From an uncultured Gammaproteobacteria bacterium (lineage in GTDB: Bacteria > Patescibacteriota > Microgenomatia > UBA8517): 46,563 bases of DNA. The position numbers and the translations under genes are program-made. Positions 26,647 to 34,789 of the stretch are shown piece after piece. The notes beneath the pieces are model-generated. The model had not been told where the DNA came from. It saw only the letters and a list, made by a program, of their open reading frames with translations, and ran no database searches. Each line of letters opens with the position of its first letter. Positions within the stretch are counted from its first letter, which is position 1. The stretch covers positions 1 through 46,563 of the forward strand of contig CAYSZS010000003.1 in the NCBI GenBank assembly GCA_964435575.1, written 5' to 3'.

Positions 26647-28650
26647 CTAAATAGTCAGCCTCAATTCCTTATCGGTTTTTAAGAAAAATTCTTCTTTGTG
26701 TTTTTTAAGACTGACAGAATACAAAGGGGAATTGGTTCCGGGCTGTTTTTGAATGAATAATCCATACTCTTTATCTACCTTGAAAGGCAATTTATACTTG
26801 AGGGTTACTTTTGCAATCCCCTCGGGTCTTAGCTTGAAAAAGCCGGCAAAAACCGTTTTTTCCAATTCTTCGTAAGGGTCGGCCTTTTCTTCAACACCGG
26901 AAAAATCAATTAGTTCGCTCCCTTTGGGAACATAAATTCTCACCCAGTTTGGAAGAACCGAATTAAGCCAACCGTCATGTTTCTCCGGGTTTTTGTAAGT
27001 AATTGTCACGGTCTTTACAATACTTCCGTCTTTACCTATTTCTATCTCCTGCGAAATCTCCTCTTTAATGTACAAATTTGATTTTCTTCCGCCCAAATTG
27101 GCATTATTTATATGAAGATAGTCTCCCTCATAGTTTTTAAGAGTCCCGGCAATTCCGAAGATAGAAAGCGCTTCCTGCGACTTTTTGTCACCGGTATAAA
27201 AAAGTACGTGTTTTTCGATAAGCGACTTAAAGACCGCCTCAAAAAGAGGAGCCAGTTTTTCTTTAGGCTGCCCCAAAGCGTTGGCCAAAATCGAATTCAT
27301 CAAGGGCCCGATAATCTTTTTTCTGTTATCATAATTAGGAGGAGCATAGACAATTTTCCCGGGTTCATTTTCGCTCCAAACGATAGGACCTTCTATGTCA
27401 GCAAAGCTTTCAAGCTCGTAAATGACTTGAGGACATCTGCATTCAGGAACCTCTTTTGTCGAGTACTCCCCGAATCCGGAAACACCTATTGGCCCAATTA
27501 CGTCAAGGATGTTAACCAAAACCTGTGTATCAACCGCAATTATGCCGTCGATATTTTTAATTCCGACTGATTCTGCCTCTTTAGCAAAAAGTTTCATTGC
27601 TTCTCCAAAATCAGGCGACCAATTCATATCCCTGAGACGCAAATTCTCTGACAATAGGTAAGGCCCCTTAATATATTTGATGAGGGGTTCGGGGGCCGCA
27701 ACTTTGGGCTTATATGTATTATCCAAATTGTAAATATCATCCGATAATACGGGTTCAAACCTGCCTTTATTGACCTTGGCAATAGAGTAGGCCGTTATAA
27801 ATCCACCTGTGGGCCTTAGTTCCTTGTCATTCTGAAAAATTACTAAGTATCTTTTTTCGTCCTTGATACCTAAAAGATCCGGGGCAACCTCCAATAAGGG
27901 CTTAGAGTTTGCTACCAACTCACCGGCTACATCAACTATGTCTTTTCCTTCTTTAAGTTTTTCTCTTATTGCAAAATCAAAAGCATTTTCTGGATAGCGC
28001 TCCGGGTCAATTGAATCTACTTCTTTTTTTATCAACTCTGCCTTTTCGGAAAGTAAATCAATCTTTGGAATTAGATCGGGAATCGTCTTTATTACAAAAT
28101 CAATTCTGTCTTGAGTTGTCTCTTCGGGACTTCCCAACTCTTTTGCGTCTGTAGCAAAACCAATGATATCTGCATACGGCTCAATGGTTTCGATAACTAT
28201 GTCAGCTGCCTCAAACGCATATTTCGCGGCAGAAATTGCACTTTGCCCATCTTTTATATATGAACCAAAAAAGGGGACAATCTTAAGCCAAGAAATCCCT
28301 TTATATGAGGAATCAAGCTCTCTCAAAGAGGTTTGAGATGTCTTCAATTCTTTTTTAATCTTTTCCAAATCTTGATCTGTAACTGCCTGTTTTATATTGT
28401 CTAAGGATTTTCTGAAAATCTGAGCTTTTGCATAAACTCTAAAACCCAACAGGCCAATAACGGCTACAACGATTACAAAGACCAACAAAATTGAGCCAAG
28501 AATTTTGGCCCGCTTACTTTTTGGAAATTTTAAAGAAAACCTCCTTATCTTTTTCATTGAAACTTCGGACTTTTTTTCGTATTTATCAGACAAAGAAATT
28601 TTAGGAATTAAAATGGATCCACTATCTTCTGTATTAAAATTTTCAGACAT
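26647..28650 (-). CDS. DUF4012 domain membrane-anchored protein
   Basis: one TM, helical stalk, YLVIFQNDKELRPTGGFI, LRDMNWSPDF, DGIIAVD, NLGGRKSN, QKQPGT. Confidence 0.85.
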   Translation of the reverse strand: MSENFNTEDSGSILIPKISLSDKYEKKSEVSMKKIRRFSLKFPKSKRAKILGSILLVFVIVVAVIGLLGFRVYAKAQIFRKSLDNIKQAVTDQDLEKIKKELKTSQTSLRELDSSYKGISWLKIVPFFGSYIKDGQSAISAAKYAFEAADIVIETIEPYADIIGFATDAKELGSPEETTQDRIDFVIKTIPDLIPKIDLLSEKAELIKKEVDSIDPERYPENAFDFAIREKLKEGKDIVDVAGELVANSKPLLEVAPDLLGIKDEKRYLVIFQNDKELRPTGGFITAYSIAKVNKGRFEPVLSDDIYNLDNTYKPKVAAPEPLIKYIKGPYLLSENLRLRDMNWSPDFGEAMKLFAKEAESVGIKNIDGIIAVDTQVLVNILDVIGPIGVSGFGEYSTKEVPECRCPQVIYELESFADIEGPIVWSENEPGKIVYAPPNYDNRKKIIGPLMNSILANALGQPKEKLAPLFEAVFKSLIEKHVLFYTGDKKSQEALSIFGIAGTLKNYEGDYLHINNANLGGRKSNLYIKEEISQEIEIGKDGSIVKTVTITYKNPEKHDGWLNSVLPNWVRIYVPKGSELIDFSGVEEKADPYEELEKTVFAGFFKLRPEGIAKVTLKYKLPFKVDKEYGLFIQKQPGTNSPLYSVSLKKHKEEFFLKTDKELRLTI

Positions 28651-28665
28651 ACTAAATATATTACA

Positions 28666-29319
28666 CTAAACGGCTCCTTTTCCTGAAATCATTGCCCAGG
28701 GAGTTTTAAGAAGAATGAGTATATCAAAAAGAATTGATTTTTTTCTGGCATAATAAGCATCCATTTCAATTCTTTTGTCAAACTTGACTTCGCTTCTCCC
28801 TGAAACTTGCCAATAGCCTGTTATGCCGGGCTTAACCGTATGCACCTCTTTTACAAAGATATCTGTTCCAGGATATTTCTCCTGTTGCTCTCTTAACTCG
28901 TCCGGAAGGTATGGCCTCGGACCGACGATGCTCATCTCGCCTTTTAAAACGTTAAAAAGTTGGGGCATCTCGTCAATCGAAAACTTACGGATTATCTTAC
29001 CCAATTTAGTTACTCTGGTATCTTTAAAAGATTTGTAACTGCCGCTTGTTCTTTTTTCAATAAAAACATTTCTGAATTTTGGGTCGGTTTTTTCCAATAT
29101 ATCGGCCTTAACCATCATTGAGCGGAATTTGTAAAGTCTGAATATTTTCCCGCTTTTTCCCACTCGCTTCATGTGTAAATTTTCTTTCTCGACCAAAACC
29201 GGTCCTGGAGAAGTAATCTTAATAAGAACTGCAGTTATTAGCATAACGGGAGAAAAAATGATCAGAAGAAAAAAGGAGCCAACAATATCTACGGTTCTTT
29301 TTATAACCTCGTAATACAT
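28666..29319 (-). CDS. priming sugar-phosphate transferase (Bac_transf; WcaJ/WbaP/PglC C-terminal type)
   Basis: KRTVD, YKFRSM, RKFSIDEMPQLFNVLKGEMSIVGPRP, KPGITGYWQVSGRS. Confidence 0.95.
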   Translation of the reverse strand: MYYEVIKRTVDIVGSFFLLIIFSPVMLITAVLIKITSPGPVLVEKENLHMKRVGKSGKIFRLYKFRSMMVKADILEKTDPKFRNVFIEKRTSGSYKSFKDTRVTKLGKIIRKFSIDEMPQLFNVLKGEMSIVGPRPYLPDELREQQEKYPGTDIFVKEVHTVKPGITGYWQVSGRSEVKFDKRIEMDAYYARKKSILFDILILLKTPWAMISGKGAV

Positions 29320-29342
29320 ATCCGGGCAGGATTATAGCATGG

Positions 29343-30428
29343 TTAATCTATAAATTCAGGGTTCTCTTCTTCTAGTTTTTTAAACAAATCTTTTACTTTT
29401 GCGGTGTCACTCATATTACAAACCAATAAAGCTCCATGCGTATCAACTACAACCACATTTTTTAAACCTACTATGGCAATCATTTTTTCTCCTTCTCCGA
29501 TAATAAGAACTCCAGAACTATCAATGAATTTAGTTTTAACTTCACCTTCAATTACATTTTCTTCATTTGGCTCAATCATCGCTTTATAAAAAAGTTCCCA
29601 GGTACCCGCATCTTCCCACTCTGTCTCAGTTGCCATCGTTAGTCTCAAATCTATTGGCAACTTTTCAAAAAGCCCATATTCCACAGATACTTTTTCAAAC
29701 TTCGCATACTCGGTTTTGAGTACTTCTTCGTACTTTTCAGTACCCCACGCATCCATAATTTTAACCAATCCCTCATAGGTTGCAGGTGAATATTCTTTGT
29801 AGTACGAAAGCATTAAATCTGACCTCCACGTAGCATATCCCGTGTGAATTAGATAATTATCTTTCTTAAAAAGATCGTTTGCCGTAGCTTCGTCAGGCTT
29901 TTCTATGTGCCTGACTATTTTATAAACAGGAAATCCACTTTCTTCGCCAACCTTTTCACCAAATTCGACCCATCCATTATGAATGGTTGGATATGTCGGT
30001 TTCTCATTTAGTGAAACAGATGTTCCTGTTCTGGCAGTGTATTCCATCGCTGCCTTTGCGGTATTTAAAAATATTTGAACCTTCCCAATAAAGTGATCTG
30101 ACCATGAAAAAAACATAACTTCTTTTGGAAATCTTTTTTCAACAATTGCTGCAACTAAACCTACAGCCCCAAGGCTATCTTTTCTTTCTGGTTCCAATAT
30201 TATATTTTCTGGAGGAATTTCAGGTCCTTGATCCATCACAAGTTGTTTGTATTTGGCTTCTGTAGAAATTAATATATCCTTTACATCAAAAGCTTTCGTA
30301 TATCTTTCAAGAGTTCTTTGGAAAAAAGATTTCCCTTTAACGATATACCTAAATTGTTTTGGGTAAGACTTGGTGCTGGTAGGCCACATACGCGTGCCAA
30401 AACCGCCACAAAAGATTACTACTTTCAT
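29343..30428 (-). CDS. mannose-1-phosphate guanylyltransferase (ManC-like, no PMI domain)
   Basis: GGFGTRMWP..PKQF, ILEPERKD, SDH, EKPD, WEDAGTW, VGLKNVVVVDT. Confidence 0.88.
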   Translation of the reverse strand: MKVVIFCGGFGTRMWPTSTKSYPKQFRYIVKGKSFFQRTLERYTKAFDVKDILISTEAKYKQLVMDQGPEIPPENIILEPERKDSLGAVGLVAAIVEKRFPKEVMFFSWSDHFIGKVQIFLNTAKAAMEYTARTGTSVSLNEKPTYPTIHNGWVEFGEKVGEESGFPVYKIVRHIEKPDEATANDLFKKDNYLIHTGYATWRSDLMLSYYKEYSPATYEGLVKIMDAWGTEKYEEVLKTEYAKFEKVSVEYGLFEKLPIDLRLTMATETEWEDAGTWELFYKAMIEPNEENVIEGEVKTKFIDSSGVLIIGEGEKMIAIVGLKNVVVVDTHGALLVCNMSDTAKVKDLFKKLEEENPEFID

Positions 30429-30481
30429 ATATTTATTATTCTAAACACTTGTGTGAAAAAGTGTAGCAAAAATAATTATAT

Positions 30482-31654
30482 TTATCTATTCATATGTTTT
30501 TCAACTATCTTTTTAAATTCTTTTTTGAACCTCTCCTTTGAAAACCTTTCAGCATTTTTTATCAAAACATCTCTATCGAATTTCATTTTCTCAAATCTTT
30601 TTACTGCTTTAATCAGACTTTCTTTGTTTTGTTTTTCGAAAAATACCCCCGTTTTCCCGTCAATAACTGTGTCGAGTGAGCCACCCTTTTTATAAGCTAT
30701 GACGGGCGTTCCTGCAGCTTGGCTTTCAACGGCAGCTATTCCAAAATCTTCCTCTTGGGGAAAAACAAATGCTTTTGCACCTTTGTAGAGATCAACTAAT
30801 TCCTCGTCAGTTACAAAACCTTTGAAAATAATGTTTTTCTTAAACTTATACTTAGACTTAAACTTTTTCTCCTCACTACCTGTTCCAACAACAACTAATG
30901 GAAATCCAAGCTCATTAAAAGCCTCAATCGCCAAATCCACCTTTTTGTAACGTACAAGTCTTGAAACAATCAAGTAAAACTTCTTCTCTCTCTTCTCCCC
31001 CGATTTTACAACGTAATCAACATCCGATATTGATTGATATGCAATATCGGGATAGCCGTAGTCGTGTCCTCTCAATCTTGGTTTTGGAGTCTGAAATTTT
31101 ACAATTTCTACTGGAGGAAAAATTATTCCCGGATCACGATCATAATATCTTTTTATCCTCATCTGTACTTCGGTAGAAATTGCTACCATAACGTCGGGTC
31201 TTTGAGAAGCAATTCTGTCCCACGCTCTCAAGTAACTAACAATAGGTTTTGTTACTGCTTGCAAGGTCAAACCCTGGAGGTAAGTCTCACAATGACTCCA
31301 AAGATACCGCGTGGGGGTTAAACAATAACAAATATGAAATGTCCCCGGTTTAGTAATTATTCCTTTTGCTGCTTCGCTAGTTACGGAAATCACAAGGTCG
31401 TACCCTGAAAAATCTAGAGTTTCAAACGCGACAGGCATCAAGAAAGCTAGAATCTCGTGCCTCCTCTGCATAAAAGGAATTTTCTGTAAAAAAGAGGGGA
31501 TTACTTTAGGAAAAACTTTCGCCCAAGGTGCACGCTTTTCATCATAGACAGACGTATAGAGTGGAGCTTCAGGAAACATTTCATGAAGAGCTAAAAGAAC
31601 CCGTTCTGCTCCACCCCACTTATTCACCCTGTCGTAAACAATTGCTGTTTTCAT
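30482..31654 (-). CDS. GT4 glycosyltransferase (WbaZ-like) with an inserted linker
   Basis: GGAERVL, YCLTPTRYLW, VSRLVRYKKVDL, EEDFGIAAVESQAAGTPVIA. Confidence 0.93.
   Translation of the reverse strand: MKTAIVYDRVNKWGGAERVLLALHEMFPEAPLYTSVYDEKRAPWAKVFPKVIPSFLQKIPFMQRRHEILAFLMPVAFETLDFSGYDLVISVTSEAAKGIITKPGTFHICYCLTPTRYLWSHCETYLQGLTLQAVTKPIVSYLRAWDRIASQRPDVMVAISTEVQMRIKRYYDRDPGIIFPPVEIVKFQTPKPRLRGHDYGYPDIAYQSISDVDYVVKSGEKREKKFYLIVSRLVRYKKVDLAIEAFNELGFPLVVVGTGSEEKKFKSKYKFKKNIIFKGFVTDEELVDLYKGAKAFVFPQEEDFGIAAVESQAAGTPVIAYKKGGSLDTVIDGKTGVFFEKQNKESLIKAVKRFEKMKFDRDVLIKNAERFSKERFKKEFKKIVEKHMNR
30999..31051. repeat. nested palindromes inside the GT4 linker
   Basis: CCGATATTG(31024-32)/CAATATCGG(31042-50) perfect 9-bp stem; overlapping AATCAACATC-C-GATATTGATT; outer CCCGA/TCGGG. 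Confidence 0.65.
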
Positions 31655-32208
31655 CTAAATAATTCAGGAGCTTTAAGCTGAGCAAGCTTTATGAAAGTTA
31701 TTGTATCTGAAGCTTTAATCTCCCCACTTCTAATCTTCTCATCCACCCGCTTTACAGGTATACTTAAAACCTGTAAATCTTCGTTATCGTCAAACCTTTG
31801 TGTATGTCTGATATCAATATCTCTTGCTAGGTACCCGTAAACTTTAAAAGTATCTTTTGATGGTTCTCCATAAACAGTACCCAGATGAAATAATTGCTTT
31901 ACGTGATATCCAGTTTCCTCTTCTAATTCATTTTTTGCCACCTCTTCCGGATTATGTCCAGTTTTAACTCTTCCGGCAGGTAGTTCGATAATGATATCTC
32001 CCGCTCCGTGCTTATATTGCCTAACGAAAACTATTTCTCCCTTCTTTGTTATGGGAACTATCATTGCCACGTCACCGACTTTGGAAAGAAAATAATCATC
32101 AACTATCCTTCCGTTTGGGAGTTTAACTTTGTGTTTGAAAAGCGGAAACCAAGGGCTTGGAGAAATATCTATCTCTTCCAAGAGATTCCATTTTTTAATT
32201 TTTCTCAT
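31651..32208 (-). CDS. NUDIX hydrolase (ADP-ribose pyrophosphatase-like)
   Basis: VRQYKHG, IELPAGRV, AKNELEEETGY. Confidence 0.9.
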   Translation of the reverse strand: MRKIKKWNLLEEIDISPSPWFPLFKHKVKLPNGRIVDDYFLSKVGDVAMIVPITKKGEIVFVRQYKHGAGDIIIELPAGRVKTGHNPEEVAKNELEEETGYHVKQLFHLGTVYGEPSKDTFKVYGYLARDIDIRHTQRFDDNEDLQVLSIPVKRVDEKIRSGEIKASDTITFIKLAQLKAPELFR

Positions 32209-32648
32209 TTCTTTAAAATATGTAAGGAATCCATTATATTTTGTTTATGGTCAAAAGCCATTTCTCGAGGTAGTGAATCTAGCCTAAACCATTTTCCTTG
32301 AGTTGCATCATCTGAAACCTTAAATATTCCTTCAAAATCATCAATTAAATAAACTAGATTGATCACCTGTTTTGGATGTCTGTTGGGAGAACTGTAAACT
32401 CCCACCAACCTCAAATCACTAACGTCTAAATCGGTTTCTTCTTTAACCTCTCTTTTAACCGTCTCTTCAATTGTCTCATCCCAATCAACATAACCACCCG
32501 GAGTTCCCCAGTATCCTTTAAAGGGATCAACTCCGCGTTTTATTAACAACACTTTTCCGTTCTTTATTATCACGGCATCAACCGAAACGCCTCTGTTTGT
32601 ATAGTTACCGCATTTAGGACAAGGTTCACCTTTGTAAATTTTACTCAT
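32205..32648 (-). CDS. NUDIX hydrolase (MutT/YjhB-like)
   Basis: CPKC, PGGYVDWDETIEETVKREVKEETD, SDDA, AFDH. Confidence 0.92.
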   Translation of the reverse strand: MSKIYKGEPCPKCGNYTNRGVSVDAVIIKNGKVLLIKRGVDPFKGYWGTPGGYVDWDETIEETVKREVKEETDLDVSDLRLVGVYSSPNRHPKQVINLVYLIDDFEGIFKVSDDATQGKWFRLDSLPREMAFDHKQNIMDSLHILKK

Positions 32649-32725
32649 TTTTCCAATTTTCTCACAAATTCCTCACCTGTATCAAATTTGTTTATAATTC
32701 CAACATACCAAGTGGGATAATCCAA

Positions 32726-33049
32726 CTATGAAGCTATAGCAACCTTTGTTTCCAATTTTCCCATTCTTTTTTCGTGATTATCAATTCTCTCTCCATACCT
32801 TTCAAGTCTGTCGTCGATCTTTTCTAATTTCCGTTCAACACTAAATAACCTCTTATCTAATCCTTGAATATCCTCTTTCGTAGCCATTTCTTCTCTAACC
32901 TTTTCCAGGTCTTCTTTCGTGGCCATATTCTTCAAGTCTTCTTTCGTGGCCATTCTTTCTTCCATATCCTCTAGCACAGGAATAACTACCTCATGGAAAG
33001 CATCTGTAAAGAATTTATATTGCTTGTCTTCTTTTTTCTTTTTATTCAT
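32726..33049 (-). CDS. small coiled-coil protein with MATKED repeats
   Basis: ATG 33049; three MATKED(L/I) repeats then heptad coiled coil; own promoter. Confidence 0.8.
   Translation of the reverse strand: MNKKKKEDKQYKFFTDAFHEVVIPVLEDMEERMATKEDLKNMATKEDLEKVREEMATKEDIQGLDKRLFSVERKLEKIDDRLERYGERIDNHEKRMGKLETKVAIAS
32871..32953. repeat. three 17-nt direct repeats encoding MATKED
   Basis: TCTTCTTTCGTGGCCAT at 32910 and 32937; TCCTCTTTCGTAGCCAT at 32871. Confidence 0.8.
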
Positions 33050-33056
33050 TAAACTG

Positions 33057-33085
33057 ATACTATCCCGTGGATAAACCCCAGTCAA
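33057..33085 (-). promoter_or_regulatory. sigma70 promoter, probably leaderless transcript
   Basis: TTGACT-17 nt-TAGTAT-7 nt-ATG(33049). Confidence 0.7.
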
Positions 33086-33144
33086 CGACTAATTTTCCTC
33101 ACAATTCCCTTCATTGCATCAACTTTAACCAAGTCCCCATTTTT
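33082..33144 (-). pseudogene. relic 3' end of a PEP-utilizing enzyme mobile-domain gene
   Basis: intergenic frame reads KNGDLVKVDAMKGIVRKISR*, matching the LKxGDxVxVDAxxGxV C-terminus of PEP-utilizers mobile domains. Confidence 0.6.
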
Positions 33145-33646
33145 AGAATTTTTCAAGTAGCTGGCCATAGTGTTTGGTAATTCTCTTTAACTTTTCTAAT
33201 CTCAGTCTCTTAATAATTTGGTCGATATCTAATTTTGGGCCCTCTAACTCCAAAAAATTTCCTAAGTCTTTTATCTTATCTAAATTGATCTCCACATTTC
33301 CCTGCTTCCACGTTTCTCGATACTTAATAAAATGAAAAACCCTATTTAAGCCCAAAAGTTTTAAAATTATTTCAGTTTTTTTAAAACTATCAATTTGTAT
33401 CTCTATTTCTCTTGCTTCGCGAAATTTTTTATTTATAACAAGATCATCTTTATAAGTTAAAAATGTTTTACTATTACTTTTTCTAAGTCTTAAAATACTT
33501 TTCTCGCTCTTTAGTTTATTTTCTTTGGTATCATAGAATACATCGCTTTGCTTAAATTTACCCCAGAATTTTGCTCCGCTTGCCTTTACCCTATCTCGCA
33601 CAATATTATAATTTTTTATTTTGAATTTAACCTCTATTTCTCTCAT
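33143..33646 (-). CDS. CYTH domain protein (class IV adenylate cyclase/triphosphatase family)
   Basis: EIEVK, QSDVFYD, LRLR, LTYK, REIE, KYRE, LDKIKDLGNFLELEG. Confidence 0.9.
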   Translation of the reverse strand: MREIEVKFKIKNYNIVRDRVKASGAKFWGKFKQSDVFYDTKENKLKSEKSILRLRKSNSKTFLTYKDDLVINKKFREAREIEIQIDSFKKTEIILKLLGLNRVFHFIKYRETWKQGNVEINLDKIKDLGNFLELEGPKLDIDQIIKRLRLEKLKRITKHYGQLLEKF

Positions 33647-34786
33647 TTATCCTTTCAGTATTTTCTGGTAAACTTCTAAAGTTTCTTGTGCCATTTTTAG
33701 CCAGGTATATTTTTTGGTAAACTCTTTTGCTTTATTCAAAATTTTAGACTTTTCGGCTGAAGATATTTTCATGACCTTTTTCATAGCTTCAACTAAAGAT
33801 TGTGCATCATTTGGGTTAAAATATAACACGTTATTCTCATATATTTCCTTAAATACCGGGATATCCGATGCTAGAACCAACGATCCGGAAGCTACCGCTT
33901 CTAATCCCTGTAACCCAAATCCTTCGGATAATGAGGGATAAATAAACGCCGTAGAGTTTTTATACAATACTGAAAGCTCTTCATCCGAAACATAACCCAA
34001 TATTTTTACATACTTCTGAGCATTTTCTTGTTTAACTAAAATTTGAAATCTTTCTTTAAATACGTCTTTTGATCCTGCAACAGCAAATTTAACATTTGAA
34101 CCTTTTTCTGTGTTCAATTTTTTAATTGCTTTTACAACTATCCCAAGATTCTTGTATGGAAATGCATTTCCAACGTAAAAGAAGTAGCTGCCACTTCTCA
34201 ATCTATGATTTGACAATACATTTAAGCTTTTATTGTCCTCAAAATCCCGCTTAAAACTCTTCGTCATTCCTTCATAAGTAACAAAAATCTTATTTTTATC
34301 AATGCTATAGTACTCAGAAATGTCATTTTTAACCGTCTTCGAGGGAGCTATAATTGCGGCCGAAGATTTTATACCAATTCTAGCGGCAAATAGAAATGGA
34401 AATCTTTTGAAGTAGTAGATAGGAAGGGAAAGTGTTGTTGCATCAGTACCTTGGCGCTGCATTGTTAAGTCGTGAACAGTAATAACATGCATACCTTGAT
34501 ATAATATCGGGAAATTAATATGAGGAAAATGAACCAAATCGGGTTTTTCTTTTTTTATTATTCTAGGAAGTATAAACTGTTCTTCAAATGTATAATGCCT
34601 AAAATCAGCCAGTACTTTTTTCCAATTTGAGGGTAAGTTTAATTGATCGAAGTACTTTTTTCTGAGAAGAACCACAAACTGTTCTTTATTTCCTAATTTT
34701 ATTAATTCTTCAATTAAATTAATAAGGTATCTTCCAATCCCTGAGTGCTCCAATCCATACATTCTTGCATCAATCAATATCTTCAT
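33647..34786 (-). CDS. GT4 glycosyltransferase
   Basis: IDARMY, GIGRY, TVHDL, YVGNAFPYKN, SLSEGFGLQGLEA, SDIPVFKE. Confidence 0.93.
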   Translation of the reverse strand: MKILIDARMYGLEHSGIGRYLINLIEELIKLGNKEQFVVLLRKKYFDQLNLPSNWKKVLADFRHYTFEEQFILPRIIKKEKPDLVHFPHINFPILYQGMHVITVHDLTMQRQGTDATTLSLPIYYFKRFPFLFAARIGIKSSAAIIAPSKTVKNDISEYYSIDKNKIFVTYEGMTKSFKRDFEDNKSLNVLSNHRLRSGSYFFYVGNAFPYKNLGIVVKAIKKLNTEKGSNVKFAVAGSKDVFKERFQILVKQENAQKYVKILGYVSDEELSVLYKNSTAFIYPSLSEGFGLQGLEAVASGSLVLASDIPVFKEIYENNVLYFNPNDAQSLVEAMKKVMKISSAEKSKILNKAKEFTKKYTWLKMAQETLEVYQKILKG

Positions 34787-34789
34787 AAG

